A stretch of DNA of 64,000 nt from Planctomycetota bacterium (GCA_965222115.1 CBDCTJ010000005.1:64001-128000), one strand, 5' to 3'; counted from the stretch's first letter, positions 27,626 through 38,307 are shown. Made by a program: numbers and translations. Notes: generated by a model not told the origin, from the sequence alone.

Positions 27626-28450
27626 TCACGCCCGATCAATCATCAAGACCGCCAAATTGTGAAGAAAGTGAGCAAGCATGGCGGGGTAGAGGCTGCCGGT
27701 CTTCATCCGTATCCAGCCCAATAAGTAGCCAACGAGAAAGAGATAGGGCGCACGAAGTATCGAAAAGTGCATGGCGGAGAACAGTACCGCCCCAAGCGCG
27801 ATGGCGCGCGCGGGTCGAAGCGCCGACATGAGCCACGTCTGAACAAGGCCGCGAAACGCAATCTCCTCATTGATTGCAGGAAACACACAGATCAGTAAGA
27901 CCAATGCGGCATCGGACAGTCCGTCGCTGCTCAACTGCGCCACCCAGGAACTCCCGCCAACGCCATCCAACGACTGCAAGAACTCGTGGTACCCAAAATT
28001 CAATGCGAGCATCGGCACGAGCAATGCTAGTCCGATGTAGGCGTAGCGACCGCCAAACCCGGTGCGCGCCAACTGGGTGCGAAGAAGTGGCCAATAGCGA
28101 ACGGCGAAGACTGCGGTCGTTATCAAAACCGCAAGATCGGTAACTATGATGTGCATCCCGAGCCGCTGCTGACCGGCGGTAACGAACAACAAAAGACTCA
28201 CACCAAAGATAACGCAAAAGTATGTCCACCAGACGCGGCTAACATTCGGCGCGTGTAGCTTGACGAGCTCGCCCGCGGAAGGCCGCATGGCGCGCACCGG
28301 CGTCAAAACGGATGCAACGTCCTTGTAGGGCGTCGCGCAGCGGCGACAAAAGTAGTACGTTGGATCCAAGGGCGCATCACAGTATCGGCAATGCAAGTCG
28401 TCTCCCGACGTGGCAAGTTCGACGGGCGTTGGCGGTCGGAGGTCGCTCAT
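27626..28450 (-). CDS. CPBP (CAAX/Abi/Rce1-like) intramembrane protease with N-terminal zinc ribbon
   Basis: CRYC...CRRC zinc ribbon; motifs EEIAFRG, FSAMH, HFLHN; multiple TMs. Start set to ATG 28450. Confidence 0.88.
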   Translation of the reverse strand: MSDLRPPTPVELATSGDDLHCRYCDAPLDPTYYFCRRCATPYKDVASVLTPVRAMRPSAGELVKLHAPNVSRVWWTYFCVIFGVSLLLFVTAGQQRLGMHIIVTDLAVLITTAVFAVRYWPLLRTQLARTGFGGRYAYIGLALLVPMLALNFGYHEFLQSLDGVGGSSWVAQLSSDGLSDAALVLLICVFPAINEEIAFRGLVQTWLMSALRPARAIALGAVLFSAMHFSILRAPYLFLVGYLLGWIRMKTGSLYPAMLAHFLHNLAVLMIDRA

Positions 28451-28650
28451 GGCGGGTTCGTTACCGTCCTTGCGGCGGGGGAACAACGGGTAGGCAGAGG
28501 ATGCCACAGATGAGCGGCGACACATGACCAACGCAATGGACGCATTCATTCACGAGGAGAGGAAACCCGTAGAATTGCGCGACCCATCGTTCCGCAGCGG
28601 TCCAATTGCTGGGGCTCTCGTCCAAGACCCGCATTGGTGGGAGAATCGAG

Positions 28651-28676
28651 GGAACCCCCACACCCCACCCTGGTTC
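28651..28676 (+). promoter_or_regulatory. Putative autoregulatory ECF sigma promoter
   Basis: GGAAC (28651-28655), 17 nt spacer, GTTC (28673-28676), 19 nt upstream of the sigma ATG. Confidence 0.4.
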
Positions 28677-28695
28677 TACGTATTGACGCCCCCCC

Positions 28696-29493
28696 ATGAG
28701 CGAATCACCCACCCCCACCCCGGATGCACGCACTACTGGGCAATCCACGGCTGACCGCTCGTCGGCGAATCAGGCGTCGGCGAGTCATGCGTCCGTCGAT
28801 TCCGACGGAGCAACTCGCACCGAACCAGGTGACTCCGGCGAGCCCGCGTTGGGTTACCGATTGATGGCCGATTTGCAACGCGTGCTGGCGGCGTCCTCCC
28901 CGAATGAATCATCTCAAGGGCAAGGCACTCCTGCCGACTCCATCGATGCGTTTCGCCCCATCTACGAGGCCTATGCCCCGCGCGTCATGCAGTTTTTCTT
29001 TCGCATGTGTGGCGATCGGTCCTTGGCCGAAGACTTGACACAGGACGTGTTCGTCAAAGTGTGGCGTGCAGCGCCATCGTGGCGCCCCGAAGCGCCGCTC
29101 CATACGTGGATCTTCACCATCGCTCGCTATCACGGGTGGAACGCACTGGCGTTTCGACGGCGGCGCAAGTCGGTTTGGCAACAGGCCGCAGATCAACCCG
29201 CTGTCAACGAACCGGCCGATTCCACGGCATCGAATCGAGTACCCCACGAACGACTCGCCGCGCGCGAGTTTGGAACCCACTTGCAGCGTGCGGTGCTCTC
29301 GCTTTCACCGCGCCTGCGAGTGGCGTTCGTCTTGGCGCGTTTCGAACGTCTCTCCCTGGCAGAAATCGCCCACATCGCAGGCGCCCCCATCGGCACCATC
29401 AAGAGCCGCATTGCCCGTGCGGAAAAACGGCTTCGGCGAGCGCTTTCGCATTCGCATGCATCCATGAAAGGGGGCTCTCATGACTCCCAATAA
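28696..29493 (+). CDS. ECF-type RNA polymerase sigma-70 factor
   Basis: Region 2 AEDLTQDVFVKVW...TWIFTIAR; region 4 LSPRLRVAFVL...LSLAEIA...PIGTIKSRIARA. Confidence 0.92.
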   Translation: MSESPTPTPDARTTGQSTADRSSANQASASHASVDSDGATRTEPGDSGEPALGYRLMADLQRVLAASSPNESSQGQGTPADSIDAFRPIYEAYAPRVMQFFFRMCGDRSLAEDLTQDVFVKVWRAAPSWRPEAPLHTWIFTIARYHGWNALAFRRRRKSVWQQAADQPAVNEPADSTASNRVPHERLAAREFGTHLQRAVLSLSPRLRVAFVLARFERLSLAEIAHIAGAPIGTIKSRIARAEKRLRRALSHSHASMKGGSHDSQ

Positions 29494-31036
29494 ACAGCAC
29501 AAGTCGCCCAATAAATCGCGCGGCGGCAGTTCGCACGATCTTGCTTCATTTGCATTGCATCTCCTCGATGCCGACGAGGCGCAATCGATCGAAGCGCGCG
29601 TTGCTCAGTCGCCCCGTGAATCCCGTGAACTCGACGATATCGCAGCGCATTTGGTCATGTACGACCGAATCGAAGGCGCACCGCCTGCCCCCACCTTTGA
29701 ACAGTTTCGTACACACGTGAAGTCGTCCGACGACGTAGATGCACCGCAGGCGCGTTTATCCGCCACAGTCAACGACTTCAGCTCGACGGACTCGTCAAAA
29801 CGTTGGTTTCGGCTTGGCATGGCAGCGGTCGCGCTACTGGCAATTGGCGCGGCAGCGCTGTGGGGATTCACGCGAGATCGCGGTAAGACGAATTCATCGC
29901 AGCTTGCAAGCATTTCGTGGGTTGGCCCGAGCGTTCAAACAGTTGCGGATGGTGCGCCGGCGCCCCTCAAGTCATCTTCGGCATTACAACCTGGCACGTG
30001 GCTCTATGGCGGCGAGGATGCAGGCGAGGTGCGCTACACAACGCGCAATCATACCGTTCGCCTCGTGCTTTCGTCCGGTGCATCGCTGCGATATACAAGT
30101 CCCACGCAGGTTTACTTGGAGAAGGGCAAGGCGTGGTTTGAGGTCACGAGACTTCAAACTGACACGAACGCATCGCCGATCACATTCCGCGTGTACTCAC
30201 CTCGCGGTGCAGTAAACGTGCTGGGCACGTCATTTCTTGTGGACGTCAACCGCGACGCGTTTTCCGTGGGCGTGTGGCATGGTGCTGTTGAGGTAAAACG
30301 TGCTGTGCAAATCACGCAAGACTCTAAGAACGATGCGAATGACGCCTTTCGTGTTGGCGCACGTGAATCGCTCGCATTTCACAGTTCGAGAGACGCGAGT
30401 ACGCCTGCTCCCACACGCGCGCCCTTCGCTTCACTTCCTGCATTCCTGTCAAAGGGCTTGGAACTCAGCACGCGCGTCGTGGCCGACGGCAAACAAGGCG
30501 ATGAATGGATCGTCGATTGCGTATTTCGAAATCGCGGTGGGCTGCGGCTATCTCTCAATGGCGACGACGAGGGGCAAAGCCCGCTTTGGTTGCACGTGAG
30601 CGATGCACAGGGCGGCCAAGTGAGCGCATTACCCGTGCTGCCAGTCAACATCGTCTCCCGATCCAACGAGACCGACTCAGATGCTGAGTTGGCGCCCTGG
30701 ATCGTTGCTACGAGCTCCGGACAGGCATCAGGCGCAGATTCAATCCTCGCGCCGGGCGAGTCGCGCGTGGTCCGAGTCCGATTCAAGGCGCCGCGCGTCC
30801 GAATGAAGGTCTCCGATGGTCCCCTGCCCCGCTACGTTTGTCGGGCGGTGTACCGAGGCGAAGCGCTCCCCCCGCTCCAATCCGCGCCAGTCCCAATTCA
30901 CGCCGCTCCCTCTCCTTTGAAGGAAGATGAGGCGGCAGAAAATGGGTCGATTGGCAACGGTTCGGAGCGAGCAGACGAGGCTCCGTCCGATGCCGCCAAC
31001 GGCGAATCGAAATCCACGGAGCAGCCCGGCCGATGA
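29480..31036 (+). CDS. FecR-domain transmembrane anti-sigma factor
   Basis: Overlaps sigma stop; N-terminal anti-sigma-like region without ZAS cysteines, TM, FecR motifs YLEKGKAWFEV, FRVYSPRGAVNVLGTSFLV, VWHGAVEV. Confidence 0.82.
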   Translation: MTPNKQHKSPNKSRGGSSHDLASFALHLLDADEAQSIEARVAQSPRESRELDDIAAHLVMYDRIEGAPPAPTFEQFRTHVKSSDDVDAPQARLSATVNDFSSTDSSKRWFRLGMAAVALLAIGAAALWGFTRDRGKTNSSQLASISWVGPSVQTVADGAPAPLKSSSALQPGTWLYGGEDAGEVRYTTRNHTVRLVLSSGASLRYTSPTQVYLEKGKAWFEVTRLQTDTNASPITFRVYSPRGAVNVLGTSFLVDVNRDAFSVGVWHGAVEVKRAVQITQDSKNDANDAFRVGARESLAFHSSRDASTPAPTRAPFASLPAFLSKGLELSTRVVADGKQGDEWIVDCVFRNRGGLRLSLNGDDEGQSPLWLHVSDAQGGQVSALPVLPVNIVSRSNETDSDAELAPWIVATSSGQASGADSILAPGESRVVRVRFKAPRVRMKVSDGPLPRYVCRAVYRGEALPPLQSAPVPIHAAPSPLKEDEAAENGSIGNGSERADEAPSDAANGESKSTEQPGR

Positions 31037-33798
31037 GCACCTCTTCTAAACAACACGGCTCCCTCCCACCAAGCGACGGATCGCGTAAGCAGAGCTCCCC
31101 GGAGGTGCGCAAAGTTCGCACCAGGCTCGGGTTGTTGCGCGCGCGTGTGCGCGGCATTCTCGCCACGGTAGCCACATGCAAATGGATCGTCGCTGCGGTC
31201 GGGGCATTGGCCGCATTCTTTGTCGCCGATTGGTTCCTCGACCTGCCCATGCATGTACGTCGTTTTCTGCGCTCGGGTCTCTTGACCCAACCGGAAACGT
31301 GGTCGGTCTTCGCGTGGTTGGCGGCGCTCGCGATAGCTATCGCCGTCGCGGTGGTATTTACGAAAGCACGCAGGCGCACCGCACCCTTCTTTGCGTTTAT
31401 CGCCTGTGGTCTCGTTGGACTCTTGGCGTGGTTTGCCTATCAGCAGTTTGCCCCCATCGGCGCACGCATTCGTGACGAAGAGTTGGCACTCGGTGTGGAG
31501 GCCCGTCACGCGGGGCTTCGACATCGCTTGGCGTCGGCGCTCGATTTCGACAAGACCATTCAGGGAACGACTGTAGAGAGTCCCCGAGGTGAAAGCCGCG
31601 AGTTGATGGAAGCCATGGTGGCCGAGACCACCGCCGAAGCGAAAGGCGTCAAGTTTGCGCGCGCTGCCAATAGCGCACCGGCCACGCGTTGGGTATCGCT
31701 TGCAGGTTTGGCACTTGCGGGTGCGGTGATCGCCATGATTGCGTTGCCGGCAACCAAACTTTGGGCACGACGCAGCCTGTTATTGGAAGACGTGGACTGG
31801 CCGCGCGACACCACCATGCTCGCCGTAGATGTTGACGTATTGGATGAGGCGAAGGCCTCGTCGGGCGACAACGCCAACGTTTCCACAGAAGGTGACTCAA
31901 ACAGCGCGATCAATACGCGCATCACGCCACACGATCCTAAGGTGCCATTTTCCGTAACGGTGGGACGACCGCTCACGATCTACGCATTGGCCGAGGGCGA
32001 CGCGCCCGATGAGGCCTACTTGTTGGACTTCGTCGAAGGGCAACAACCACTTTCGCGCCGCATGTATCAAGTGCCGGGACGCGACCATCTCTTCGCGTTT
32101 GAGTTTCGCGATGTGCGCCGTCCGTTCACCTTCATTCTTCGCGGGGGCGATGACGACGATGACCGCCCGGTCTATTCCGTGGAGATCAGCATTCCACCGC
32201 GCATTCAGTCCATTCAGACGTCGGTGACCTACCCGAGCTATCTGGGACTGGACGCCACAACGCACGATCGCGGCAGCGTGAGTGTTCCTCAGGGCTCAAT
32301 CATCAATGTCACGTTTGTGCCCGATGTCCCATTGTCCGCTGCGTTTGCATTGGTCGGCGGCAAACGCAGAGAGGTCACGCCCGTAAAGGTCCCCATGGGC
32401 GACAGCGAAGCCGACGGCTACCGCTTCACGTCCACGACGGAGTCATCGTTCCGCTACTCACTGGTGCTCGAAACACAGAGTGGCAAACGCAATGAATCGG
32501 CCGCCGATAGCTACGAAGTGCGAGTCAAAGAAGACCGCGCGCCTCGGCTCGACTGGATCTTCCCGCGCGGGTTGGGTGAGCGCACGGCCAAGGGACGTAT
32601 TCCCCTGTTGGTGCGTGCCTCGGATGATTACGGCATTGGCAGCCTTGCGCTTGAGTTGCGGGCAGGTGGTCAATCGGTTCAGCGTTTCGAGTTAGGGAAG
32701 GACGTAAGTGAGTCCGGCGAAGAAGAGTCCATAGCCACTGAACTGCGCCGTCGCCTACTGGAAAACGCCAAGATGGATGGTGATTTAGGCCGCGGCCAAA
32801 TCCTTGCGTATGTACCCATCGACATTCCTATGCTGCGCGACGACGAAGGTGTGCCTGTGTCTTCGCCCTCCCGTGTGAGCTTTCGCTTTGTCGCCAAAGA
32901 CACCAAGGGGCAAGTTCGCGAAGGCGAGTGGAACGCCATGGACATTTCGAGTGCCGGCGACATTGAACGCGGTCTGAGCAGCAGTCGTGCGTCGTTGCGC
33001 TCACAGCTTGCCGCGTTGCAACGCGAACAAAATGCTCGCCGTGATGATGTGGCAGCGATCCTGACCGAGTTCACGCGATCGGGCGCCGTCGATACCGATA
33101 CCACACGCGCCGACCGCGCCGAGGCACTTCGCAGCATTCGCTTTCGACAGGGACGCATCGCGCAGGATGCCCAACGTGCCACACGTGCGCTGATTCGCAT
33201 CTTCAATGACTTTGTTTACAACCGCCTCGGTGCGGCCAATCCTAATGAGCGCATCCTTGGCTACCTCAATCGCTATCACAATCAGACCTTTGGCGTCCCA
33301 GCGGCGGTTCGCGATCCCACGTTGCCTAAGTCAGCGCGTACATCAGCAGATAGCAGCCGCTCCTCGGATGTGAATGCCAATGGCGATCCCGTGTTTCCCT
33401 ACCGCCTCTATGACGACATTCTGGATGCGTGGCGCAACAAGGTCATTTATGACAAGGGACTCATTGAGCGCATGTTGTTGGTGATGCAGGACGCAGTGGA
33501 TATCGCTGCGCGCCTTGCACCGAAAACACACACGCTGGCGATCGACGCGGCGGGCGGCTCGCGCGCAAAGCGTGGCGCGGATGCACCCCTCGGCGACGCA
33601 CTAGAGACAGAACGCAAACGCATCAATGACCTGCTTAACTCGCAGGAGTCCGTGCTGGCGTCACTCGATCGACTGCTAAAGGCCATGAGCGGCTGGCAGA
33701 GTTTGAGCGACCTCACGATGGCGCTGCGCGGCATTGTGGAAGAGCAAGAGAGTCTTCGTGACCGCATGGAAACGATCGATTCGGAAGGATCGAAGTAA
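31033..33798 (+). CDS. DUF4175-like membrane protein (MoxR-cluster associated)
   Basis: N-terminal TMs, VEARHAGLRHRLASALDF, WPRDT, YPSYLG, DRAP, ASDDYGIGSL, C-terminal coiled coil; ATGA overlap with the FecR-like gene. Confidence 0.72.
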   Translation: MSTSSKQHGSLPPSDGSRKQSSPEVRKVRTRLGLLRARVRGILATVATCKWIVAAVGALAAFFVADWFLDLPMHVRRFLRSGLLTQPETWSVFAWLAALAIAIAVAVVFTKARRRTAPFFAFIACGLVGLLAWFAYQQFAPIGARIRDEELALGVEARHAGLRHRLASALDFDKTIQGTTVESPRGESRELMEAMVAETTAEAKGVKFARAANSAPATRWVSLAGLALAGAVIAMIALPATKLWARRSLLLEDVDWPRDTTMLAVDVDVLDEAKASSGDNANVSTEGDSNSAINTRITPHDPKVPFSVTVGRPLTIYALAEGDAPDEAYLLDFVEGQQPLSRRMYQVPGRDHLFAFEFRDVRRPFTFILRGGDDDDDRPVYSVEISIPPRIQSIQTSVTYPSYLGLDATTHDRGSVSVPQGSIINVTFVPDVPLSAAFALVGGKRREVTPVKVPMGDSEADGYRFTSTTESSFRYSLVLETQSGKRNESAADSYEVRVKEDRAPRLDWIFPRGLGERTAKGRIPLLVRASDDYGIGSLALELRAGGQSVQRFELGKDVSESGEEESIATELRRRLLENAKMDGDLGRGQILAYVPIDIPMLRDDEGVPVSSPSRVSFRFVAKDTKGQVREGEWNAMDISSAGDIERGLSSSRASLRSQLAALQREQNARRDDVAAILTEFTRSGAVDTDTTRADRAEALRSIRFRQGRIAQDAQRATRALIRIFNDFVYNRLGAANPNERILGYLNRYHNQTFGVPAAVRDPTLPKSARTSADSSRSSDVNANGDPVFPYRLYDDILDAWRNKVIYDKGLIERMLLVMQDAVDIAARLAPKTHTLAIDAAGGSRAKRGADAPLGDALETERKRINDLLNSQESVLASLDRLLKAMSGWQSLSDLTMALRGIVEEQESLRDRMETIDSEGSK

Positions 33799-33881
33799 TG
33801 AACGAACAATGGCTACGCGATCCTCGCCCTGGTAGGCACGCGCCGCGTGCACGCAACAACAGTTTTGACATGGAGAGCACG

Positions 33882-36800
33882 ATGAACACGACCACCCGCT
33901 TGGGCATGACGCGATGGGTTCTCGGACTTGCCATCTGCTTGGTTGCACTCCTCGCGGTGCCGCGTTTTGCGCGCGCCAAAGACGAGGCGAACGACTTGGA
34001 TGCGAAGAAGGAAGCTGAGCGCTTCCTCGCCGACCAACGTCGTATCCAGGGCAAGATTCTTCAGCTCGAAGACAATATGAAGGTCTTGGCGGCTGAACTT
34101 CGCCGCACCGGCCACGAGTACGAGGCCAAGCTGCTTGAGAACGGCCTTTCACACCTAAAGACCAGTGGTATCGGCGGTTATGTGTCGGCTGTGTTGGCGG
34201 CCCTCGGCGACAAGCAGCCAGAACGCGCGCGCGCCGCGGCCGATCAAGTGCGAGAGAGTCTCGGCGAACTGCTTGCCATTCTCGAAGACCGCAATCGCGA
34301 GTTTACTGAAAAACAACTCAAGGAACGGATGGAAGCCACCAAGAAGGCAACCGAGGTGTCCAAGGAGTTGATTGAGCGCGAAAAGAAGATCGAAGAAAAG
34401 CTGCGTGACCTCGCCGAAGGTAAGACGAGCGACGCGGGCAAGCAGGCGTCGGAACTTCGCGATCAAGTAGAGAAGCTCAAGCGCGAACACCAAGAGATCA
34501 ATGAGGCTATGAAGGATGCAGCCTCGAAAACCAAATCAGACAACCAGACCGATAAGCAGCGCGAAGAAGACGCGCGACGGGCGGCCGAGCAACTTGCGCG
34601 CCTCAACGACATGTTGGCGCGTCAGAAAGAAGCGTTGGAGAAAACTCGGAACGCCGAAGAAGCCAACAAAGCGAATGCCAATAAGAGTGACGCGAAATCA
34701 AAGGACTCAAAGTCCGATGATGGCGACAAGCGCGATCCCACAGCGTCGAGTTCGAAGGCGAGCGAGGCAGCAAAGGCGCGGCAAGAACAGGCAAAGAAGC
34801 TCGCCAGTGATGCGGCCCGACTTGCGCGGGCCGAGCGTCTCGCCCAGCAGAAGCTCATGCTGGATCAAACGCGCGAGGCCATTGGCAAACAGGCTCAAGC
34901 ACTCGCCGAGCGCGTCAAGCGCGAACGCGAAGCATCCAAGGCGCGGGCAGCAAAGGAAGCCACCGAGAAACTCGCCAGCGAAGCGAGCGCGGCCGGATCC
35001 AAAGCACCTGCATCAAATGACGACGCAAAGGCGGCTGCCGAAAAGTTGGATGCGATGGCGGCCAAGGCGACGGCTGAGGCAAAGAAGCTGAGTCAACCGT
35101 CTGAAAAGAACGCCGATGCTTCATCAAAGGACGAGCCGTCAAAGAGTGGAGAGTCGTCCAAGAGTGGTGATCCAAAGGGCTCTCCTTCTACTGCCGATCG
35201 GGCTGCCACTGATCCGGCTGCCAAGGCAGTTCAAGATGCTTTGAAAAAGCTCGCTGAAGCAGCAAAGAAGTCGGCCGATGCGGAACGAGGCCGTGCAAGC
35301 GCCGGCGGCAAGGGCGATCAAGCAAAGGCGGCATCGAAGACCGCAGAAGAAGCGCGCAAGGGATTGCGAGCGGCAGCCAATGAACTCAAGAGCGCCCAAC
35401 AAAAGGCGTCACGCGCACGCGCCGCCGCCGAGAAGCGCGCCGATGCATTGGCGAAAGACGCCGATCGGTTGAAGTCCACCACCGATTCGCTGGCGAAAGA
35501 AGCCGACAAGTTGCGCGCCGCGATGGATGCCCTTCAGAAGCAAGCGGAAGCCGCAGCGAAGGCCGCTGGGGCTCCAGCAAACGCAAACGGCGGTTCGCCA
35601 AGTGGCAACGCACAGGCGGAAGCTGCGCAAAGGGCTGCCGACGCCAAAGCGAAAGCAGCCATGGCTGCGGCCAAAGACAAACTCGACGCGCTTTCCAAGT
35701 CGGTCGGCGAAGGCAAAGACAGTGATGCCGCAAGTGCTGCGACCGCCGCCGAAAAGGCACTCGCAGAAGCCGCAAAGGCACTTGGTGCCGACAGTAAGGG
35801 GTCACAAAAGGCTGGATCGGAAAAGGGCGACGAGGGATCAAATTCGGGTGGCGAGTCGGGTTCATCCGGTAACGAGTCGGGTGAGAACAAGACTGGCGAG
35901 TCCGCTTCGAGTTCGTCGAGTCAACGAGAAGCAGCCGCCAATGCCGAGTCGGAACGCGCGAAGGCCGCGGCCGCACTTGCTGCGAAGCTAAAGGCACTGG
36001 CCGAAGCCCATCGCGCTGCGAAGCCCGGCAGTAACGCCACAGGTGACGAATCGGGTTCTGCGGGTGAACAGAATGACTCCGGTGAATCGGATGAAGCGTC
36101 TGCTAAGGCCGCCGAAGAGGCAGCCAAGCGCGCCGATGCAGCAGCGGGCGCAATGAATCGTGCTGGCGAAGCCATGGGTGAAGGCGATACGGCTGGCGCC
36201 ATGTCGGCACAAGATGAAGCCATTGGCAACCTTGAAGAAGCTGCCCGAGCATTGGGTGAAGCCATGGGCGAGGCCAATGACGGCTCGACCGGCGGCGAGT
36301 CGGGCCAATCATCGGAAGCCGACTCCGAGTCAAACCCATCCGGTGAGAACGGATCGGAGAGCGGCGGTTCCGAAAGCGGCTCGTCCGGTGAACAGAGCGG
36401 TTCAAGCGGCGAGTCACCAGGTGTCTCTCCGGAAGAACTCGCCGAGATGCAAAAGAAGATTCGCGAAGCCACTGAAGCGCTTGCCAATGACATGCGCGGC
36501 GGCGGATCCGAAGGTAGTGACTCAGAAGGCACTGATTCCAAAGGCAGTGACTCGAGCGGGTCTGAGTCGTCTGGATCGGAGTCATCGGGTTCTGAGTCAT
36601 CCGGTAGTGAGTCCAAGGGTAGTGAATCAAGTGGATCGGAATCTTCGGGATCGGAGTCGTCTGGTTCAGAGCAGAGCGGTTCAGAACAAAGTGGCTCCGA
36701 GAGCAAGACACCCAATCCTGAGAAGGCCCCCAAGGTGGATGTGGCCACGGAGTCCATGCGCGAAGCCGAAGAGGCTCTGGAGCGTGGTGATTTGGATACG

Positions 36801-38171
36801 GGTCGCCGGGCACAAGAAAACGCCGTGCGTGAGTTGGAAGAAGCGGCGGGCGAACTCGCAGAGAAGACCCGTCGTCTCCGAGAAGAGGCCAAGAAAGCTG
36901 AAGCCCTTGCTGAACAACAACGGAAACTCGCCGAGCGCGCAAAGAAGCTCGCCGAGCAGTCGCGAAAACTCGATGCGAATACCGACAAGGCAAAGGACGC
37001 CGCCCGTCGTGCAGCCGACGCGCTCAAACGTGCCGAAGAAGGCATGAAGAAGCAAGCGCAGCAATCCAAGAGCGGATCCCAGCAGTCCGGCTCGCAGCAA
37101 TCCGGTTCACAAGAATCTGGTTCGCAGCAATCGGACTCTCAACAGCAACAGCAGCAACAAGAACAAGTGCAACAAGCGCTCGACGAAGCGCAGAAAGCCC
37201 TCGATGAAGCGGCGAAGAGCGAAGAGAGCACGCCGCCCGATTACGACCGCATCAAGAAGCAGTTGATGGACGAGCAAGAAGAGGTGCGCAAGCGCCTCAA
37301 GTCGCTCAAGGAAGCGCTTGAGAAGAGCGAGTCGGACGGTGCGCAACAAAGTTCACAGCAGGCGCAAAAGTCCATGCAGCAGGCGCAGGATCAGATGCAG
37401 ATCGACTCCCCCAAGACGGCGGCCGAGAGTGCAGAAGAAGCGCGTAAGTACATGGAAGAAATGAAAGAACAACTCGAGAAGGAACAGCGTCGCTACCAGT
37501 CGCTGCGCCAAGAGGAGTTGCTCTACCGTCTCGTACGCGATCTCAAGTCCTACCGCGATCGCCAAATTGAAGTGCGCTCCCTCACCAAGGAGTTCGCGGA
37601 GAAGATGGCGCTCAAGGGACGCTTGAGCCGTAAGGACAAGAAGAAGGTGCGTCGCGTATTGGCGAAGGAGCAAACGCTACTGGCCAAGCTTGTCGCCGAG
37701 CGTCTGGAAGCGGTCAAGAAGGAAGAATCCACGGCGTTCGCTGCCATCATGGAAGAAGTGATGCTCGATATGCAGGCCGTTGCAGGCATGCTTGAAGACA
37801 TCGACCTCGGCCCGCTCACCGTGGGCATTCAAACTGAGATCATTCAGCGCATCAGTGACTTGGTTGGCGGCTTTGAAGACATCATTAAGCAGAAGCAAGA
37901 TCCCCCCGGCAACGAACCCCCGCCGCAAGGTCAACCCAAGCCCAAGCTCGTTCCGCCCATCGTGGAGATCAAGCTATTGCGTCGTCTCCAGAACGACCTC
38001 AACGTGAAGGCCCAGAACTTCTGGCGCCGCAATCCCAAGCTCCAGCAAGGCGAAGTGACCGAGCGTCAACGGCGCATGCTTGAGCGACTCTCCCTCCAGC
38101 AGGGACGTTTGAAGAAAGTGCTCGACGAGCTGATTCAACAGGTATTTGGACAGGAAGAAGGTCCTAAGTAA
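33882..38171 (+). CDS. Large secreted coiled-coil protein with Ser/Gly/Glu/Gln-rich disordered linkers (DUF4175/TIGR02302-like)
   Basis: Signal peptide ending ARA-K; long heptad regions; C-terminal PKLVPPIVEIKLLRRLQNDLN. Start ATG 33882 has GGAGA RBS (ATG 33798 possible). Confidence 0.75.
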   Translation: MNTTTRLGMTRWVLGLAICLVALLAVPRFARAKDEANDLDAKKEAERFLADQRRIQGKILQLEDNMKVLAAELRRTGHEYEAKLLENGLSHLKTSGIGGYVSAVLAALGDKQPERARAAADQVRESLGELLAILEDRNREFTEKQLKERMEATKKATEVSKELIEREKKIEEKLRDLAEGKTSDAGKQASELRDQVEKLKREHQEINEAMKDAASKTKSDNQTDKQREEDARRAAEQLARLNDMLARQKEALEKTRNAEEANKANANKSDAKSKDSKSDDGDKRDPTASSSKASEAAKARQEQAKKLASDAARLARAERLAQQKLMLDQTREAIGKQAQALAERVKREREASKARAAKEATEKLASEASAAGSKAPASNDDAKAAAEKLDAMAAKATAEAKKLSQPSEKNADASSKDEPSKSGESSKSGDPKGSPSTADRAATDPAAKAVQDALKKLAEAAKKSADAERGRASAGGKGDQAKAASKTAEEARKGLRAAANELKSAQQKASRARAAAEKRADALAKDADRLKSTTDSLAKEADKLRAAMDALQKQAEAAAKAAGAPANANGGSPSGNAQAEAAQRAADAKAKAAMAAAKDKLDALSKSVGEGKDSDAASAATAAEKALAEAAKALGADSKGSQKAGSEKGDEGSNSGGESGSSGNESGENKTGESASSSSSQREAAANAESERAKAAAALAAKLKALAEAHRAAKPGSNATGDESGSAGEQNDSGESDEASAKAAEEAAKRADAAAGAMNRAGEAMGEGDTAGAMSAQDEAIGNLEEAARALGEAMGEANDGSTGGESGQSSEADSESNPSGENGSESGGSESGSSGEQSGSSGESPGVSPEELAEMQKKIREATEALANDMRGGGSEGSDSEGTDSKGSDSSGSESSGSESSGSESSGSESKGSESSGSESSGSESSGSEQSGSEQSGSESKTPNPEKAPKVDVATESMREAEEALERGDLDTGRRAQENAVRELEEAAGELAEKTRRLREEAKKAEALAEQQRKLAERAKKLAEQSRKLDANTDKAKDAARRAADALKRAEEGMKKQAQQSKSGSQQSGSQQSGSQESGSQQSDSQQQQQQQEQVQQALDEAQKALDEAAKSEESTPPDYDRIKKQLMDEQEEVRKRLKSLKEALEKSESDGAQQSSQQAQKSMQQAQDQMQIDSPKTAAESAEEARKYMEEMKEQLEKEQRRYQSLRQEELLYRLVRDLKSYRDRQIEVRSLTKEFAEKMALKGRLSRKDKKKVRRVLAKEQTLLAKLVAERLEAVKKEESTAFAAIMEEVMLDMQAVAGMLEDIDLGPLTVGIQTEIIQRISDLVGGFEDIIKQKQDPPGNEPPPQGQPKPKLVPPIVEIKLLRRLQNDLNVKAQNFWRRNPKLQQGEVTERQRRMLERLSLQQGRLKKVLDELIQQVFGQEEGPK
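36513..36707 (+). repeat. 13 tandem pentapeptide units (consensus GSESS) within the CDS
   Basis: GSDSE GTDSK GSDSS GSESS x3 GSESK GSESS x3 GSEQS x2 GSESK, with synonymously diversified codons. Confidence 0.85.
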
Positions 38172-38307
38172 GCAGTTTCGGCGCGACGCACCCGCGGCAT
38201 TTGATTCTTCAAGAACCGCTGGCTCGCGTTTGTGTCATACTAGAGAGTGGATGTTGCGTAAGCGCTGTGTTTGCAGCCGTTTCGCATGCCACCGCGGAGG
38301 TACTCGC

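Noticed and set aside
35921-37069. 382-aa antisense ORF with PDDSE/PLDS repeats
   Set aside because: Mirror of the GSESS repeats on the coding strand.
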